NCBI GenBank assembly: GCA_002104905.1 | Contig: MCFE01000051.1 | Coordinates: 131,979-195,978 of the forward strand | DNA length: 64,000 bases | Source of the DNA: Basidiobolus meristosporus CBS 931.73 | Taxonomy: Eukaryota; Fungi; Basidiobolomycota | Direction: 5' to 3' | Part shown: positions 38,251-51,299 of the stretch, in pieces | Layout of the letters: each line of letters begins with the position of its first letter | Position numbering within the stretch: the first letter of the stretch is position 1 | Notes under the pieces: model-generated | Database searches by the model: none | What the model was told of the DNA's origin: nothing | What the model saw: the letters and a program-made list of their open reading frames with translations, nothing else | Translations under genes and position numbers: made by a program

Positions 38251-38922
38251 GTTTCCGCTGATATAAGATAGACTTTGCCGAATCATGTTTAATATCAATG
38301 ATCAATGGGTGCTGCATTGCTTTCTCGGCAAAGCCCTGAACTCTTCTGTAATCCCGTCTAGGCCGAGGCAAGGTTGTTTATCCTTCCCTTTGCGCGACCA
38401 ACTGATGTTTAGGAGGTTAGATCAGCATCGATATCATCTGAAGGTACGTTGATCTGCATGCGGCGAGCGACACATGAGGTTTGACAAACATTGATGTGCA
38501 AGTCAGACTCTCATGCACCTATCCAGGGTCTTGCAGTTAAAGTATACCTTAATACTCACGAACTGGTACGTGGCACATGCGACGAGGTCACCGCCCTTCT
38601 GCCCTTCAAGCCCCTAAAGGTACGCTGTGGTGAAGATTCACAGGGCTGTGGGAACGTGTACGATACATATCTGAGCGATACTCTGCCTAAATGCCAAGAT
38701 AAATAGCATTTATCCACGCATGGTTTTAGATGTGTTGGTCACTATTCAAGGCTGCGGTAAAGAGGGTCCATTGAGGACTGTGTTGGAAGGATGGCTGGAC
38801 TGGGTTGAGGAGCGGGATTGAGTTGAGCATATACTCACTACTCACCAAAGTTTCCTAATCTGGTAAATTGGCATCATGTGTAGATATCGGAGATCAAGGT
38901 GACTTTGGAATGATCAATCTAG

Positions 38923-38958
38923 TGCAGGCTATCTATTGCAGGCTACCTATTGCAGGCT
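38923..38958. repeat. 14-bp tandem repeat (about 2.6 copies)
   Basis: TGCAGGCTATCTAT / TGCAGGCTACCTAT / TGCAGGCT. Confidence 0.85.
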
Positions 38959-39192
38959 CAGTACAACAGCCAGGCAATATCTATCATGCAAGCTAGTGGG
39001 CAGATCAGGAGAAGGATATTTCCTCAACATGTTGTTTTAGGTTGTGTGTATGGATATCGATTGTATGTTGGGCCGGAAAATTTCCGGGTTTCGCAGATCA
39101 ACTTCAAGCCAGCTAACTAGCTGACATTGGCTCAATAGTTTGGTTATTATGAATGGTGTATTTCACGTCATGGTGATACCAGAAGCACTGGC

Positions 39193-39262
39193 TTACTTGG
39201 TCGCAATAATATCTCCTCATAGCAATGTTACTTGGTTGCAATAATATTTCCTCATAGCAATG
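39193..39262. repeat. 35-bp tandem duplication
   Basis: TTACTTGGTyGCAATAATATyTCCTCATAGCAATG twice, with 2 mismatches. Confidence 0.9.
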
Positions 39263-39398
39263 ATGCACCGATTATTCATCTGACCACAATGGCTATGTTT
39301 ATGCAGTTTCAATGTATCCAGCTGAGGTGAGTCAAATAAAAACTGTTGGCACATCCGCCACACCAAATCATTAGCATTCCTCGTCTTCAGAATAGAAC

Positions 39399-40388
39399 AT
39401 GTCCAAGTTCCAGCTTATCTCTTTCGTGGCTGCAAGCATTTTGAGCAGCTGTGTTCTGTCCGGGCCAATCTACTTCACCACCAAGAGCCCCTCTTACTAC
39501 CCCACCAAGGATATCCTGATCCCCCCCTCAAAGGATGCCTCCACGGTGAAGATTCAGGAGCTAGAGTTGGACGGGGGTGTGGATAGATTGGTCGTCGTAG
39601 GCGACTTGCACGGCAGCCTCGAGTACTTCGATGACCTTTTAAAGAAGATTGATTTTAATCCCAAGTTTGACCGAGTCGTTCTGGCTGGTGATATGACGTT
39701 CAAGGGTCCGGATTCTCTTGGGGTGCTGAGAAGGGCCAAGGAGATTGGCGCTGGTTGTGTTCGCGGCAACCATGACCATTCACTGCTCGAATGGAAGAAC
39801 TTCCTTCGCAAGCTCTCGCCAACCGACACTCCCTCTGAATACGAATTCCCAGCCGACTTAACCTTAACTCAATATTACCCTATTGCTGCGTAAGTCAGAC
39901 CTCTCTGTACATAGGAAGCAGTCGCTAACCATCTTTTATTCTCCAGGGAGATGGACCAAGAGCTTTACGATTATCTCCAGAGCTGCCCCATCATTCTCTC
40001 TGTCCCTAAATATTCCGTCTACGTGATGCATGCTGGTGTGGACCCTTCGAGGCCGATGGAGTCACAGGACCCCAACGTGGTGATGAATATCAAGAATATC
40101 CTGGCCGATGGAACGCCCACCCGCGGTAAGTTTGTGGGCGAAAACTGGTCGGTGGCCTGGAACGCCAAACAGAAGAAATCCAAGAACCCGTCCACCATAG
40201 TGTACGGGCACCAGGCCTCCCTTGGTTTAAACATCAAGGAGTACTCCAAGGGCTTAGATACTGGCTGTGTATACGGCGGCCAGCTCACAGCCATGATCTT
40301 CCCAGGAGAGCACCTTGTTAGTGTCAACTGTAATCGCACATTTGGTGCGTCCAACCGTAGCATTGCGCTCCAAACGACTCAACCCTAA
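39399..40388 (+). CDS. Secreted/vacuolar calcineurin-like metallophosphoesterase (ApaH/Ppn2-like), 2 exons
   Basis: Signal peptide; GDLHG, GDMTFKGPDS, GNHD, HAG, VYGH and LDTGCVYGGQLTA motifs; intron at about 39890-39946. Confidence 0.9.
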
Positions 40389-40698
40389 TGCCTGTGTTGG
40401 CCAAGAAATCCCAGATATTTAGAGTACTCGCTGCAAAGCAAAGCCCTCCTAAAGTTTAAATTTAACTAGATGATTCGCTATATACCCCAAATAAAGATCG
40501 TTGTATAAATGCCTGAACTCGTGACTGCATACTTCGATTCAGCCCGATGTTGTACCATAGTTGACTCATGCAGAGTGCATTAGTTCTCACAGCACCCCAA
40601 TTTTCCGTGATTAAATTAGCTTCCATTGATTAGGCAGCAACTGGAGGAAGGTTGTTGTGTTTCTCTGAATCCGTCATATAGCTTAGAATTCTCGCCGG

Positions 40699-42365
40699 AT
40701 GCTTCAAAGGTTAACTCGTGTCTCCAGTGCCCCCCGTAATGGGTTGAAGATGCCCATTCGCAGCCTGATTGTACGTGCCATAATTTCCTGTTGTTTACCC
40801 TGGTAACTAACGCCGCATTGATCTAGAACACCGCAGGAATCGAGAAAGCTCATTGTGCACTATTGTTCCCTGGTAAATACATGAGCCCATTTGCCTAGTA
40901 CCGATGGGGGTCCTAATCAAACATTCGTCGCTTTTATAGGACAGGGTGCTCAATACATAGGCATGGGTAAAGATTTGTATAACGAATTCCCTGCAGCAAA
41001 GAGGGTGTTTGATGAAGTTAATGAAACGCTGAAATTTAACCTGAGCGAGCTGATGTTCGATGGCGAAGCGGTACAGAAGACCTAATAGCCCTGCTACTTG
41101 ACTACAAGTACACATACTTATTGATCCAACCTCAACCGTCCTCATTTCCAGGAAGAGTTGACCCTTACCAAGAACGCTCAACCGGCCATTTTAACACACT
41201 CTACAGCAATACTTCGTGTCTTGGAGGTACATTTTGGCTCGGCATACCACACTTGCTGTTGCTCAACTAGAGCTAATCCTCAAACGACTGCATCCTAGGA
41301 AGAGTTCGCTTTCAAGGTCAACGAGATCTCCTCATATGTATTGGGACATTCGTTGGGTGAATATACTGCACTTGTAGCAGCCAAGGCGCTATCGTTGTCG
41401 GACGCAGTAACCCTAGTAGTATGTGCAATCGTGTTGTCGTCGTCGTCATTCAGAACGTGCATTTACCGAAACGTCTAGAGACTTCGGGGCCAAGCGATGC
41501 AAGAGAGCGTTTCGAATAAACAGTCGACCGCCATGTCAGCGCTTGTTATTCGTAAAAAGAAGAGTGAGGAGATAGAGGCGGCATTGGAAAAATTGAGAGC
41601 GGAGCTCCCCGAGGGAGAGCATGTCCAATTGGCAAATATCAATTCGGTAAGCTGAACCTGACTGCCAATCACTCTCGATCTCAGATACTCATCTGTGTCT
41701 GTCTGCGCGCTCGCATACAGTCGTTCCAGGTAATCTACAGCCAGCAATCTACTGGTGACAATGATTTACTTACCGATAGTGCATCTGTAGGTGGTCATTA
41801 GCGGTACCAGCAAAGGTGTTGATGCGGCCTCACATTATCTTCAGGCAGAAAGGCTGGCCGCCAGAGCCGTTGATTTGCCAGTCTCGTAAGTTCGCTATCT
41901 GCTCCAAGCTTGTGATCTGATGGTAACGATTCCCCACCCCAGTGCACCTTTTCATTGCGACCTGATGAAGCCGGCGGCTGAGGTGATGAAGGAGGCATTG
42001 ACAACCATTGAGTTCAAGCAGCCGATCGTGGATGTTATCGCCAATGTCACCGGAAAACCAGTAAGAGCAATGCATGCTTCCCCTTAAACACACCCAAGAC
42101 TAACTGGGTACCGCGTTAGATTAAATCCAAAGAGGAAATCCCTGAGCTGCTGTACCAACAAGTCACCGGAACGGTTCAATGGCACCGTAGCATTCAATAC
42201 TGCAAGACCGCGGCAATCGATGATTGGGTTTCCTTTGGGCCAGGCAGAGTTCTAGCGAATCTCATAAAGAAGGAGCATCCCTTGGACAAGATCAGGCCGA
42301 TAACATCGGCGGATGACATATTCACCCACGCCGAGTACTTCCAACAGGCCACCAAAGCCACGTAG
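40699..42365 (+). CDS. MCT1: Mitochondrial malonyl-CoA:ACP transacylase (FabD-like), multi-exon
   Basis: Presequence MLQRLTRVSSAPRNG; LLFPG|QGAQYIGMG, NAQPAILTHS, GHSLGEY nucleophile motif, ANINS, LPVSAPFHC, VQWH. Confidence 0.9.
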
Positions 42366-42682
42366 CCCGACGAATATCATGTATATCAAAACATCTCATC
42401 GAATATGGATAAAGCTCCCACAAGCACAGGGTGTTCTCAAACAGTAGCCATTTATATATTACATGCGCTAATGAGCTTTGGATAGGTTGCCATAATACAT
42501 GAAGGGGCCTCACATTTTTACATGAATAGGATGGGGTTATGGAAGGGAGGGGGCGGGAGAGAGGAATATTAAACATTAAAGGGGCTCATCGTTTACCCAA
42601 TAAGCAGTGTATCGCCAAAATTAGTAGGTATTAGATAAATGGGAAACGAATGTTGGTGAGATCATGACGATAAGGGTCTGAA

Positions 42683-43945
42683 TTAGTGGGTGGCTTCAAC
42701 CGCAGAGAAGGTTAGGTTATTTCGCGGTATCGTGTCGATTAGCTGGGTAGGGTTTGATTCGATCAGCAGAAGTTTAGTTGTTGAATTGTGGTTGCCTTTT
42801 GCGGGTAGCGTTTTCACCCTTTGCAACGCCGGCCTAAATGGCTCTGCAGGCGTGCTGTATGATGGGACACGATGAAGTGTGTGGGGCACGGGTGGTGGGG
42901 GATACTTCGGCATGGGCGCCGGTGCAGGGATCTGAGAGAAATTCATCTCGGCCAGTCTCGGCACCGACCGATTTCGGTTCGAGCTGGAGCTAGATGAGGT
43001 CGTTGAGGAGGTGGCAGTAGAGTCGCGAGAGCTTTTCAAAGCCGACTGCTGGCCAGGATATTTGTTCTGGATGATGGCCGATTTAATGCTACTCAGCCAT
43101 ATTTTGAGCTCCTCGAGGCTCTCCACTTGGATATAGCAAGTGGGGCGGCCAGCATTGTTGATTTCAATCACGAAACGGCGTGCCGGAAATTTTTCCGAAA
43201 CATTGGCTTCTGTCTTGGCGGATATCTCAATGGGCTCCAGAGATGCGGCGCTGGGTGCGGATGATTTGAAACGATACAGCGCTTTCGGTGTCAGGACAAA
43301 GAAGCGGCGTTTCCAGGTCTTGCGGGTAACGAAGAGCGGGTTGCTGATATACAGCTTGGAAACCCAGCCAGCCCAAAGCGCCGCGATATAGACCTCACTA
43401 AGGGTAACAGGCTGCCGCTGAACGTAGCTAGGAATCTTCTGAGGTGGAGGGGGAGGCGGCGAGGTGGTGGTGGTGGCAGTTGAGTCAGCTATGGCTGATT
43501 TGAAGGAAGTGGCAAAGCGAGCGGACACTTTGGCAATGCTTTCCTGGCTGGGCCATAGGTTGCGCGTTTTGGCTTCAATCTCCTCCTTCGCAGCCTTAGT
43601 CTTGCTGGCCGCCTTGTCGCCCCCTTTTTTGGTGCCATATTCTCGACGCTTTTGAAGGTTTTCGAGGCACTCGTCCAGCTCCCTCAGCAGGAAGGATACA
43701 TTCGTGGGAAGAGTTCTACGCTTAGTCAACTCGTTCTCTTCAGCGTCGGAGTTATCCTCCAGCCCAGAGAGGCCGGTGCCCACCGAATCCACCGACCCTC
43801 TGCGCTCAAACGTTCGCCGTTGAAGCGAAATTTTTCCAAGACAATTTCGCATCTTCTCCAGTTCGAGAGTGAAATCCGATATTGGCTCCCCATGGTTGTT
43901 GCAATAGAGGTCAGGGTTAGCACAGCTGGGCAATATAGAAGTCAT
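42683..43945 (-). CDS. PH-domain protein
   Basis: AGWVSKL..KTWKRRFFVL..LYRFK..FVIEI..YIQVESLEELKIWLSSIK; first ATG at 43945; proline-rich flanks. Confidence 0.85.
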   Translation of the reverse strand: MTSILPSCANPDLYCNNHGEPISDFTLELEKMRNCLGKISLQRRTFERRGSVDSVGTGLSGLEDNSDAEENELTKRRTLPTNVSFLLRELDECLENLQKRREYGTKKGGDKAASKTKAAKEEIEAKTRNLWPSQESIAKVSARFATSFKSAIADSTATTTTSPPPPPPQKIPSYVQRQPVTLSEVYIAALWAGWVSKLYISNPLFVTRKTWKRRFFVLTPKALYRFKSSAPSAASLEPIEISAKTEANVSEKFPARRFVIEINNAGRPTCYIQVESLEELKIWLSSIKSAIIQNKYPGQQSALKSSRDSTATSSTTSSSSSSNRNRSVPRLAEMNFSQIPAPAPMPKYPPPPVPHTLHRVPSYSTPAEPFRPALQRVKTLPAKGNHNSTTKLLLIESNPTQLIDTIPRNNLTFSAVEATH

Positions 43946-45094
43946 TACCAAGGTGGAGGGAAGCAATGCAGTTGTGTAATATGCGAAACCAGCGATAAGC
44001 CAATCAAATGAAACGCAGTAATGCTTCAAAAAGAGGGAACACTATCTCAGCCAAAATGGGTCAGGGAAGCCAGCCTAGAGTCACAAAAGTAAAGAATGGC
44101 AGAGCGTAGGAGATGGCGGAATACGCAAGGAAGCAAAATCCCAAGCAGCCTAAATGTACAGCTGCGTCACAAAATTTCAGCACCCAAGAGGGAGGCGGCA
44201 AGTATTTATACGCATCGCAAGCGGTGGAGACTTAATCGAGTTTAGAAGCTTGTGGGTGAGTCTAAATAAGGAAGGTGATAAAAGTGGACAATCAAGGAAA
44301 TAGGGGACTTCCTTGATCAAAAACGCCATATTAATCTCATGTTGATCAGAAACCCCATATTAATCAGCAGGATCCCCATTTAGCTACATCGGGGATTTTC
44401 CGCGCTGGCTTTGACTCTAGTACGCTGGGGTGGATGGCTCCCAAAACCGAATCCTCCTATTTGGAGATATTGACCCACTCTGGCCTGACCCGTGTCTTGA
44501 CGAACTCACTCTCCAACTTTAAATTGTCTAATCTGGCAACGCTGAAACCACTAAACGGTTCCAGTTGGATGATCCAGAATGTTGCCCAGTGTGAAAGGCC
44601 TTAGCGATATCTACGACTGAATCGGCCAGATCTCCAGCGTATATTCTGGGACAGCCACCTACGTAGTGATCCTATTCTTTTTCTCTACGTTGTTAGATAA
44701 GCACTAAATGGTGATATTCGGATAAAAGACGCGCATATTTTTCAAAAAACCACCGCGTTCCCTTCATTCCGGATAAAATTGCTTTAAGGTTGATTTGCAT
44801 CGGGGCCTAGGCTTGGGTTGTTTTCTTCCAAGGAGACCTAGACAGGCACATCTATGCCCAGAGAACTTCGACAATCAAGATAGCGCATTGTCCAGCTTGG
44901 GTGTTCGAAGCGCCATATTTAGTTTAGGTTCGTTCTTCAGAGGGTGACGCCTATAGGTGAGACAATCTAATTAATTTCATTCAAGTTGGTGGGTTATTTG
45001 GCTTCGCTATCACGAAAACTGGTTTTAAATTGGATAATGATAATCGATCTATGCTAATATGAGATGGGTGTGAAAACTAAGGGATGAGGGCGGT

Positions 45095-45132
45095 GGGTGA
45101 AGGGTGAAGGGTGAAGGCGAAGGGCGAAGGGC
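45095..45132 (+). repeat. G-rich heptamer repeat (GGGTGAA)n
   Basis: GGGTGAA x3, then GGCGAA GGGCGAA GGGC. Confidence 0.85.
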
Positions 45133-45426
45133 TGGTCATTTACATGTATCACCAGTCCACAACCCAATCATCCCCAGCCCAATGAGCGTCCTGCGAATGG
45201 TTTAATTCAAGGGATGCTGCCTCCATCCAATGTGTCATTTGGTAGACTCGTTCTGCGTCACACATATCATTTAACTTTTACCAAGTAGTTTGGAATCTTC
45301 GTTTTGTGTGGATAGGTTCCAAAGCCGTCATTAATTGGACAAATCTATTTTTATGGGGTTTTTAACTCTAAACAATACGATATGTTAAATACTAAAGTGG
45401 TTCGAATCCAAAAAATCTCTTCAAAA

Positions 45427-46975
45427 TCATCGAGAATAAGGGTGGTAGCCATGGCGCGAGGAGTGTCCGTTGGGCGGGTTCGAGCCTCGCTGGGAGGGTG
45501 CGGAGGGCCCTCGTGCAGCGCCATTGCGGCCTGCAGAGCGACCCGACTCCTGTGGGTATTCTTCTTCACGGTAGGAGGATGGTCCTCTACCGCCGTAATT
45601 GTCATAGGCTTGCGCTTGCCCATACCAGCCGCTTGCCCTGCCCATGTCCGACTGGTTGTAATTACTGTAGCCACGACCGTAGTAAGCTGTCATGGCTGCA
45701 TCGTAGCCTCGGCCGTAATTCCCATAGCTGCCGTAGTTGTAGTTTCCTCCATAGCCGCCATCATACATACCGCCATAACCATAGCCTACACTTCCTCGAC
45801 TGGACCCACCGAACCGGTCGTAGCCATCGCCCCCTTTGCCGCCTCTCGCGCCGTAGGAGCCATATCGACTCTGCTCGTATCCGCTGCGTCCGCCTCGTGC
45901 AGATCCCATATAACGTCCTCCGCCTTGATACGGATCAGAGGGGTAGCGGCCAGGTGTTTTGTGCTTTGGCATGGCACGCTTGACCTCGACCTGAAAGAGG
46001 CAGTTAGCTACAGTCGGGAGGAGTTGGCCAGCACGCCTACCATTTTCCCTTGAATGGCCAGATCGTTTCTTTCCAGAGATCTCTCTACACCATCGGAGGA
46101 CTCGAATGTAACGAAGCCAAAGCCACGAGGGCGCCCGGTTTCCCTATCAGTCATCAGTGTAGCATCAATCACTTTACCGAATTGCTCGAAAAATGCCCGG
46201 AATTCATCTTCATGCACTTCGGGTGCCACACCGCCCACGAAAATTTTTTCGGTTTTTTCCTGCTCGTCTCTGGGGACGGCTCGTTTCGGATCCACCTGGT
46301 TACATCGATTAGTTGGGTGCTACCTGTGCATACTGTCCAACAGGCCACCTACCAATTTCCCATCCAAATAATGCTCGCTTTTGAGAATCTCATCGACCAC
46401 AGCCGGATCAACAAATGTTAAGAACCCAAATCCACGCGATCTGCCTGTGGCGGAATCTCTCATGACTACACAGTCCGATATCTCTCCGTATTTAGCAAAG
46501 TAATCACGAAGTGATTCTAATGTAGCAAAGGGCAAGAGTGTTAGCAGAAATGCCTCCAAAGTGGGGATCTGATTCTACGCACCATCGGAGGTTTCCCAGT
46601 TCAGTCCACCGATAAACACCTTTCTAACAGCATAGTGATAAATCGTTAGACACGCTCACACACAATGATACTCGGTGTATGCTCTCCCTCGCGCTTGTGT
46701 ATGCCTAGCACTGTACACGCAAGTCAAGACACAGACACCAACCCCTTGGTTAAAAAGGCATCATCAAATACTTACCCCTCATCGGGTATATTGCTCATGT
46801 CTGGGTGGTACATCTGTGTGTTAGGGTTGTGGTTCTCTTTGTTGTCGTAATAGTTCATATCCCTTGAGGCCATACTCTCGAGCGAGTATTGAGGCTCTGC
46901 TGGGATAGCACCATGAGTTGGGTCATATGCCTCTTCAGAGTATTCGACCGGATTAACATAAGACTCTTCAGCCAT
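45427..46975 (-). CDS. HRP1: Two-RRM RNA-binding protein, Hrp1/Musashi/hnRNP A family with RGG/Tyr-rich tail, multi-exon
   Basis: [51 protein letters not shown]; Gly/Tyr/Arg-rich C-terminus. Confidence 0.88.
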
Positions 46976-47715
46976 CTTCAGTTGATGTATGTATATATGT
47001 CAGGTGATGCTTTCTGTCTTTTCCTCCTATTTATGTTCAGAAAATGCCCCGCTTTACTTATAAAGCAAAAGCAAATGGCATACTTGAGTGAGTTACTATG
47101 TCAATGCAAAAAGCACTCGTACCCTTGACGCTGAAAGGGAAAGGACGAGTCTGTCTACTTGATAAAAACCTACACTACTTTCTCTCTCCTAAAAGTTGAG
47201 GCACCTTAGCTATCTGATATGTGGTAGTATCAAAGTTCACGATCCCCGTAGGTGTAGACAAGAACAGTGGCAGATTTGATAATAAAGTGGAGTTTCGAAA
47301 ACAAATTCTTAGCAACCTTGTTTGAGCGAAATTTATGTTGTTTGCAAAACAGCGCAAGTTAAGAAGCAACAATGTAGAGTAAAAAAAAGAGAAAAAACCA
47401 AGAGAGTGATAACTACTTCTTACCTAGTAATAATACGCTATCCTAACTTCCCTAGAATTTGGCAATATCACTAATGACTAACCCTTAAGTGTGCTACAGG
47501 AAAGATATGATGGATTGGTACGATGGTGGTTGTGGTTCTTACGAAACTTTACTAACTTAATACAGATCCTGTAGGTGAACTGGCACTAGCAAAGCAGCAC
47601 GAAACGTAACGAGTTCTGCTCCCCCAACTGTGAGCATGCTTTTCATTGGAACTTTTTCTTGACTTGGGTTCGCACAATGGGTGGCCACCAATAGCCACTC
47701 TAATACGGATTGACG

Positions 47716-49347
47716 TCAATCAGGGGAGAGGAATTGCTTGATATGGGGGGATTTGTTTAAATCACCAAAATGATGGTTTAAGATATGCAGGAAATGTTTA
47801 GGGAGTGGTGCTTCGACGATCAGAGGAGAGGGTTGGTCCTGCACCAGGGTTAGCTCATTAAGCCATGTCAGTTGATTGTCACGGTGCTTACCTCATTACT
47901 AACTGGGATTGTAAGCTTATGCATGTGTAGAAATAGCGTGCCCACGTGATAACCCAACGTGGTTAATGTGTGTCCTTGACCGATTGGGCCATACTTCACA
48001 TCACCGAGAATCGGGGCTACAGTTGCAAGCCGTCGTAAGTTGGAATTCTAAGGAGCATCGACAAGAATCATTTACTTTGGAGAAACTGAGCGCAATGTAT
48101 GCGTAGCTGATGCTTCCTTCCGGTCTGTGGGCTTAGCTTCATGAGGGACAAATATGGCTATCAAGCATTCAGGGTTAAGGTCGTTTCAACTCTTGCTACT
48201 GGTAAAGCCAACCTGTAGCCTCGATCTGGCAAGTAATTCATATTCGGTAACCGCGGTTTGGGTAAGGGCAAGCTGCTCCGAGGACGTTGGTGGTGGTTGT
48301 GAAAGATTGTTCGAAATGGTACGATAGTCGTGGCTTGAGCTTGTCACCTGCGAAATTTCGCAGTCAATCAGGCCGCGGTCAGAACTTGGTCCTCCAACCA
48401 CTACGGCTAGATACTAGGAGGAAGGAGGAAGGATGAGAAGCCTTGAGGGAAGGGGATAATATCTGTCGAAATCAAAGCTACCTCTTTCTTGATCTGGGTC
48501 TCACGGAATTGCTGCGCAAGTTCGATGGCAGCTCGTCTGGTCCGGGCAAGAATCAAAAGGCCAGAGGTAGCCTGCTCCAAGGGTTAGCCAGGTAAGTTAT
48601 CGCCATGTTATCTGAACTTACCTTGTCTAATCTGTGAACCACACGAGGGGTTTCAGAGCTGTCAAACTTCAGTGCTGTAACGGTAGTATGGTGAGATACT
48701 AGTGAGCAAGTGACTATCTAGTGGTAACCCCGACCTGGAAGGATCTTGTTGATATGGTTCGGGGTATTTGTTCCGCCTAGGAAGCCAGCCAGGGTTACTA
48801 ATCTTCAAACAAGCAACTCATATCAATGACAATACACAACCTTGCACCGCGATCCCACTTGGTTTGTCAATGATAAGAATTGAATCGCTTTTGTACCTGA
48901 TGTTTTTTTTCAACTCCTCAACCAGCGCCAGATCAACCTATCGAGGTGCTGTTAATCGTCACGCTGGTTAAATACACCAACAACCTCGTTACCTTGGTAG
49001 TTTCCTGAACTTTTTCCGCTCTAATCCTCAATTCACTATTTACTTGGACAATCTCATTTTCGTGAAGCCTGATGCCAGGTGGGATTTTACCTTTGGTCGT
49101 ATGATCCTTTCCAACAATGCAAACCTGATATCTTGTTAAATTAAACCTACTTCCCAGCAATCCTTTCGAAAGTTCAACATACTTTTTTTGTTCTTAATAA
49201 TTTCTGAACCAGAGCTTTTGACAAGTCGAACTTCCTATTAAGGAATCTATCCAGACGAACATCGTCAAATTCGGCTGTCACGCGAAAGGTATGGAAGCAG
49301 GCATTCTGCAGGAGCCTGCTACGGTTGTGGTTTACGATTGACAGCAT
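47716..49347 (-). CDS. RluA/RPUSD-family pseudouridine synthase (probably mitochondrial, Pus5-like); about 8 exons, largely missed by the ORF track
   Basis: Reconstructed splicing gives S4-like VRLDRFL, IIDKPSGIAVQG, catalytic VVHRLDKATSGLLILA, TGRKHQLRIHCA, PILGDVKYG, LFLHMHKL and EAPLPKHF; stop at 47716. Confidence 0.88.
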
Positions 49348-50317
49348 CGACGGAGCACACTGTCCTTCCAAGCCGAAGATTTTCAACAAAAAATTGACCA
49401 AGTGGATAATGAATCGTAATCATGCAACTGCACCAAGACCAATCATCTAATAATTTCGGACTAAAACCCTTATTTCTCGTTTAGCCATGATATTTGATTC
49501 CTGCATAGATGCAGTAGATTGTCATGTCAAGCAGCGTATGTAGAAAGAATGTTAAAGTACTGCACAAATGAGGTCTCCACTCCATAATACCAGTGAATTA
49601 GCAGTTTCTGTAGGGGCAATATTGGACAGCAAATCAAAGATCACACGTGACCAACTAGCCTAAATTCCACTGTGGTCATGAATCCTGTATGCAGGTCCTA
49701 GCAATGGAGTGAGTAGAGATGTTACAACTAAATAGCAGGGACATAAAGCATATTTGAGTTTACTCTAAAAATTTACAAATGGCCAAATGTCTGCAATCTG
49801 TGCCTTACTAAATAGAGTTCAGTCAAGGTAATTCTAAATCATTAGCATTCTTCCAGATTGTAGATGCTCAGTAGCCTAGACAAATTGGTACAGAGCACTT
49901 GGTTTATGGATAGATATCAGCTAAGCTATTGGGTATGAATATGTGAATAGATTTAAGCCATTTATGACCAACCACAAGTCTAGAGAAATTCAGTTACAAT
50001 CTGCTTTCTCAGACTTCATGTACATTCATTCAGTAGCAGCAGTGTAAGATCCAATACATTAGATGTGGTTCCTGAAATAGGCCTAGCAGACAGCTATGTT
50101 TAGCCAAGTCTTCCAAATATGCCAATAGAACTCCTGCTCCTCAGTTGCAATTGCTCGACATCTTGATCACTTATACTATAAGTATCTCATGACACAACCG
50201 TAGTTGAACTATATACCACATCCACAGAATTTTAGCTATCTTACTGACTACGGACAATGAAACTAGATCTGTCAAAGGCCCGTATAAAGGCCCGCATATT
50301 AGGGGGTTGATTCAATA

Positions 50318-50790
50318 GACCAAGTGCTATTGGTGGGCTTTGTGTACTTCTGTTATCCCGGTATGTTCAACTGTATCAATGGCCAAATAAACAGCTCAAC
50401 CCTTCTTCAACAATAAGTTCTACTGGGCATTTCAAATACTTTGTGCTTTCCTCCTCGGCTCATTTATGGATTGTAAGAGATTTGGCCAAGGCCCTGTACA
50501 GTCTGTATTGAGTGCTCACTCTCATCATGGTTGCGTGGTAAGGTGGCTTTGGGGATGCAAATTCAGCAACCTGTGAGTCGGTTGCCCAAAGCCCTCCAGA
50601 CATCGATATCATCCTAAACCTTGGGCATTCTGGCCCAAATGGGCTACTGGATGCTGCCACCCAGTCTTATGTCTACTGGATCATACTCCACAATCCTTGC
50701 TCGCTATTCTGGATACTACACTTCTGTCTTGCCGTGATTACCAAAAGGGCGCTTCAATATGGACTAAGTTTTATTGTGTCAGTTCTGATT
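50318..50790 (+). pseudogene. UNC-93-like MFS transporter pseudogene with large internal deletion
   Basis: DQVLLVGFVYFCYPGMFNCING (family N-terminal motif) abuts FNNKFYWAFQILCAFLLGSFMDCKRF, then LTLIMVAW*GG, DAATQSYVYWI and ARYSGYY in shifting frames. Confidence 0.65.
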
Positions 50791-51299
50791 TATCTTGAAG
50801 GCTTGCTTTACCCTGTTCAAAGACAAAATACGAACCAAAGGCTACAAGTGTAATACGCACTGATTATATGAAGGATGACCCTAAGGCCCTGGTACCACAA
50901 CAATGACATATAAAAATATTTCAGTACAACACAGAAGTTGGTCTTTTTTATATCAAGTCTCTAAACAAATGACACAATCATATGGAATGGCATACTCAGA
51001 GCAAGGCACACCAATATTTGTCACAAAACCATCCAAGACTCACATAGTAAAGCAGTTCTTTGGACTATACAGGTAGTTACGTTGATATTTCTCCCATCCT
51101 GTATCCTTGGAGGATCTACCCATACGTTATGAAATTGGGGCTTGTTCTTGTCTATTTTATCGGTGTAACGAGGTTTGCCCTTTAATTTGGCTTATGATCT
51201 GCTATTTAACCCATTTTGTGATTAATTGTATACAGTTTTGTCTCATGTTAAACCGTCCATTTGCATATATTTAGGTGCACTTGGTGCTGCCACCTTTAT

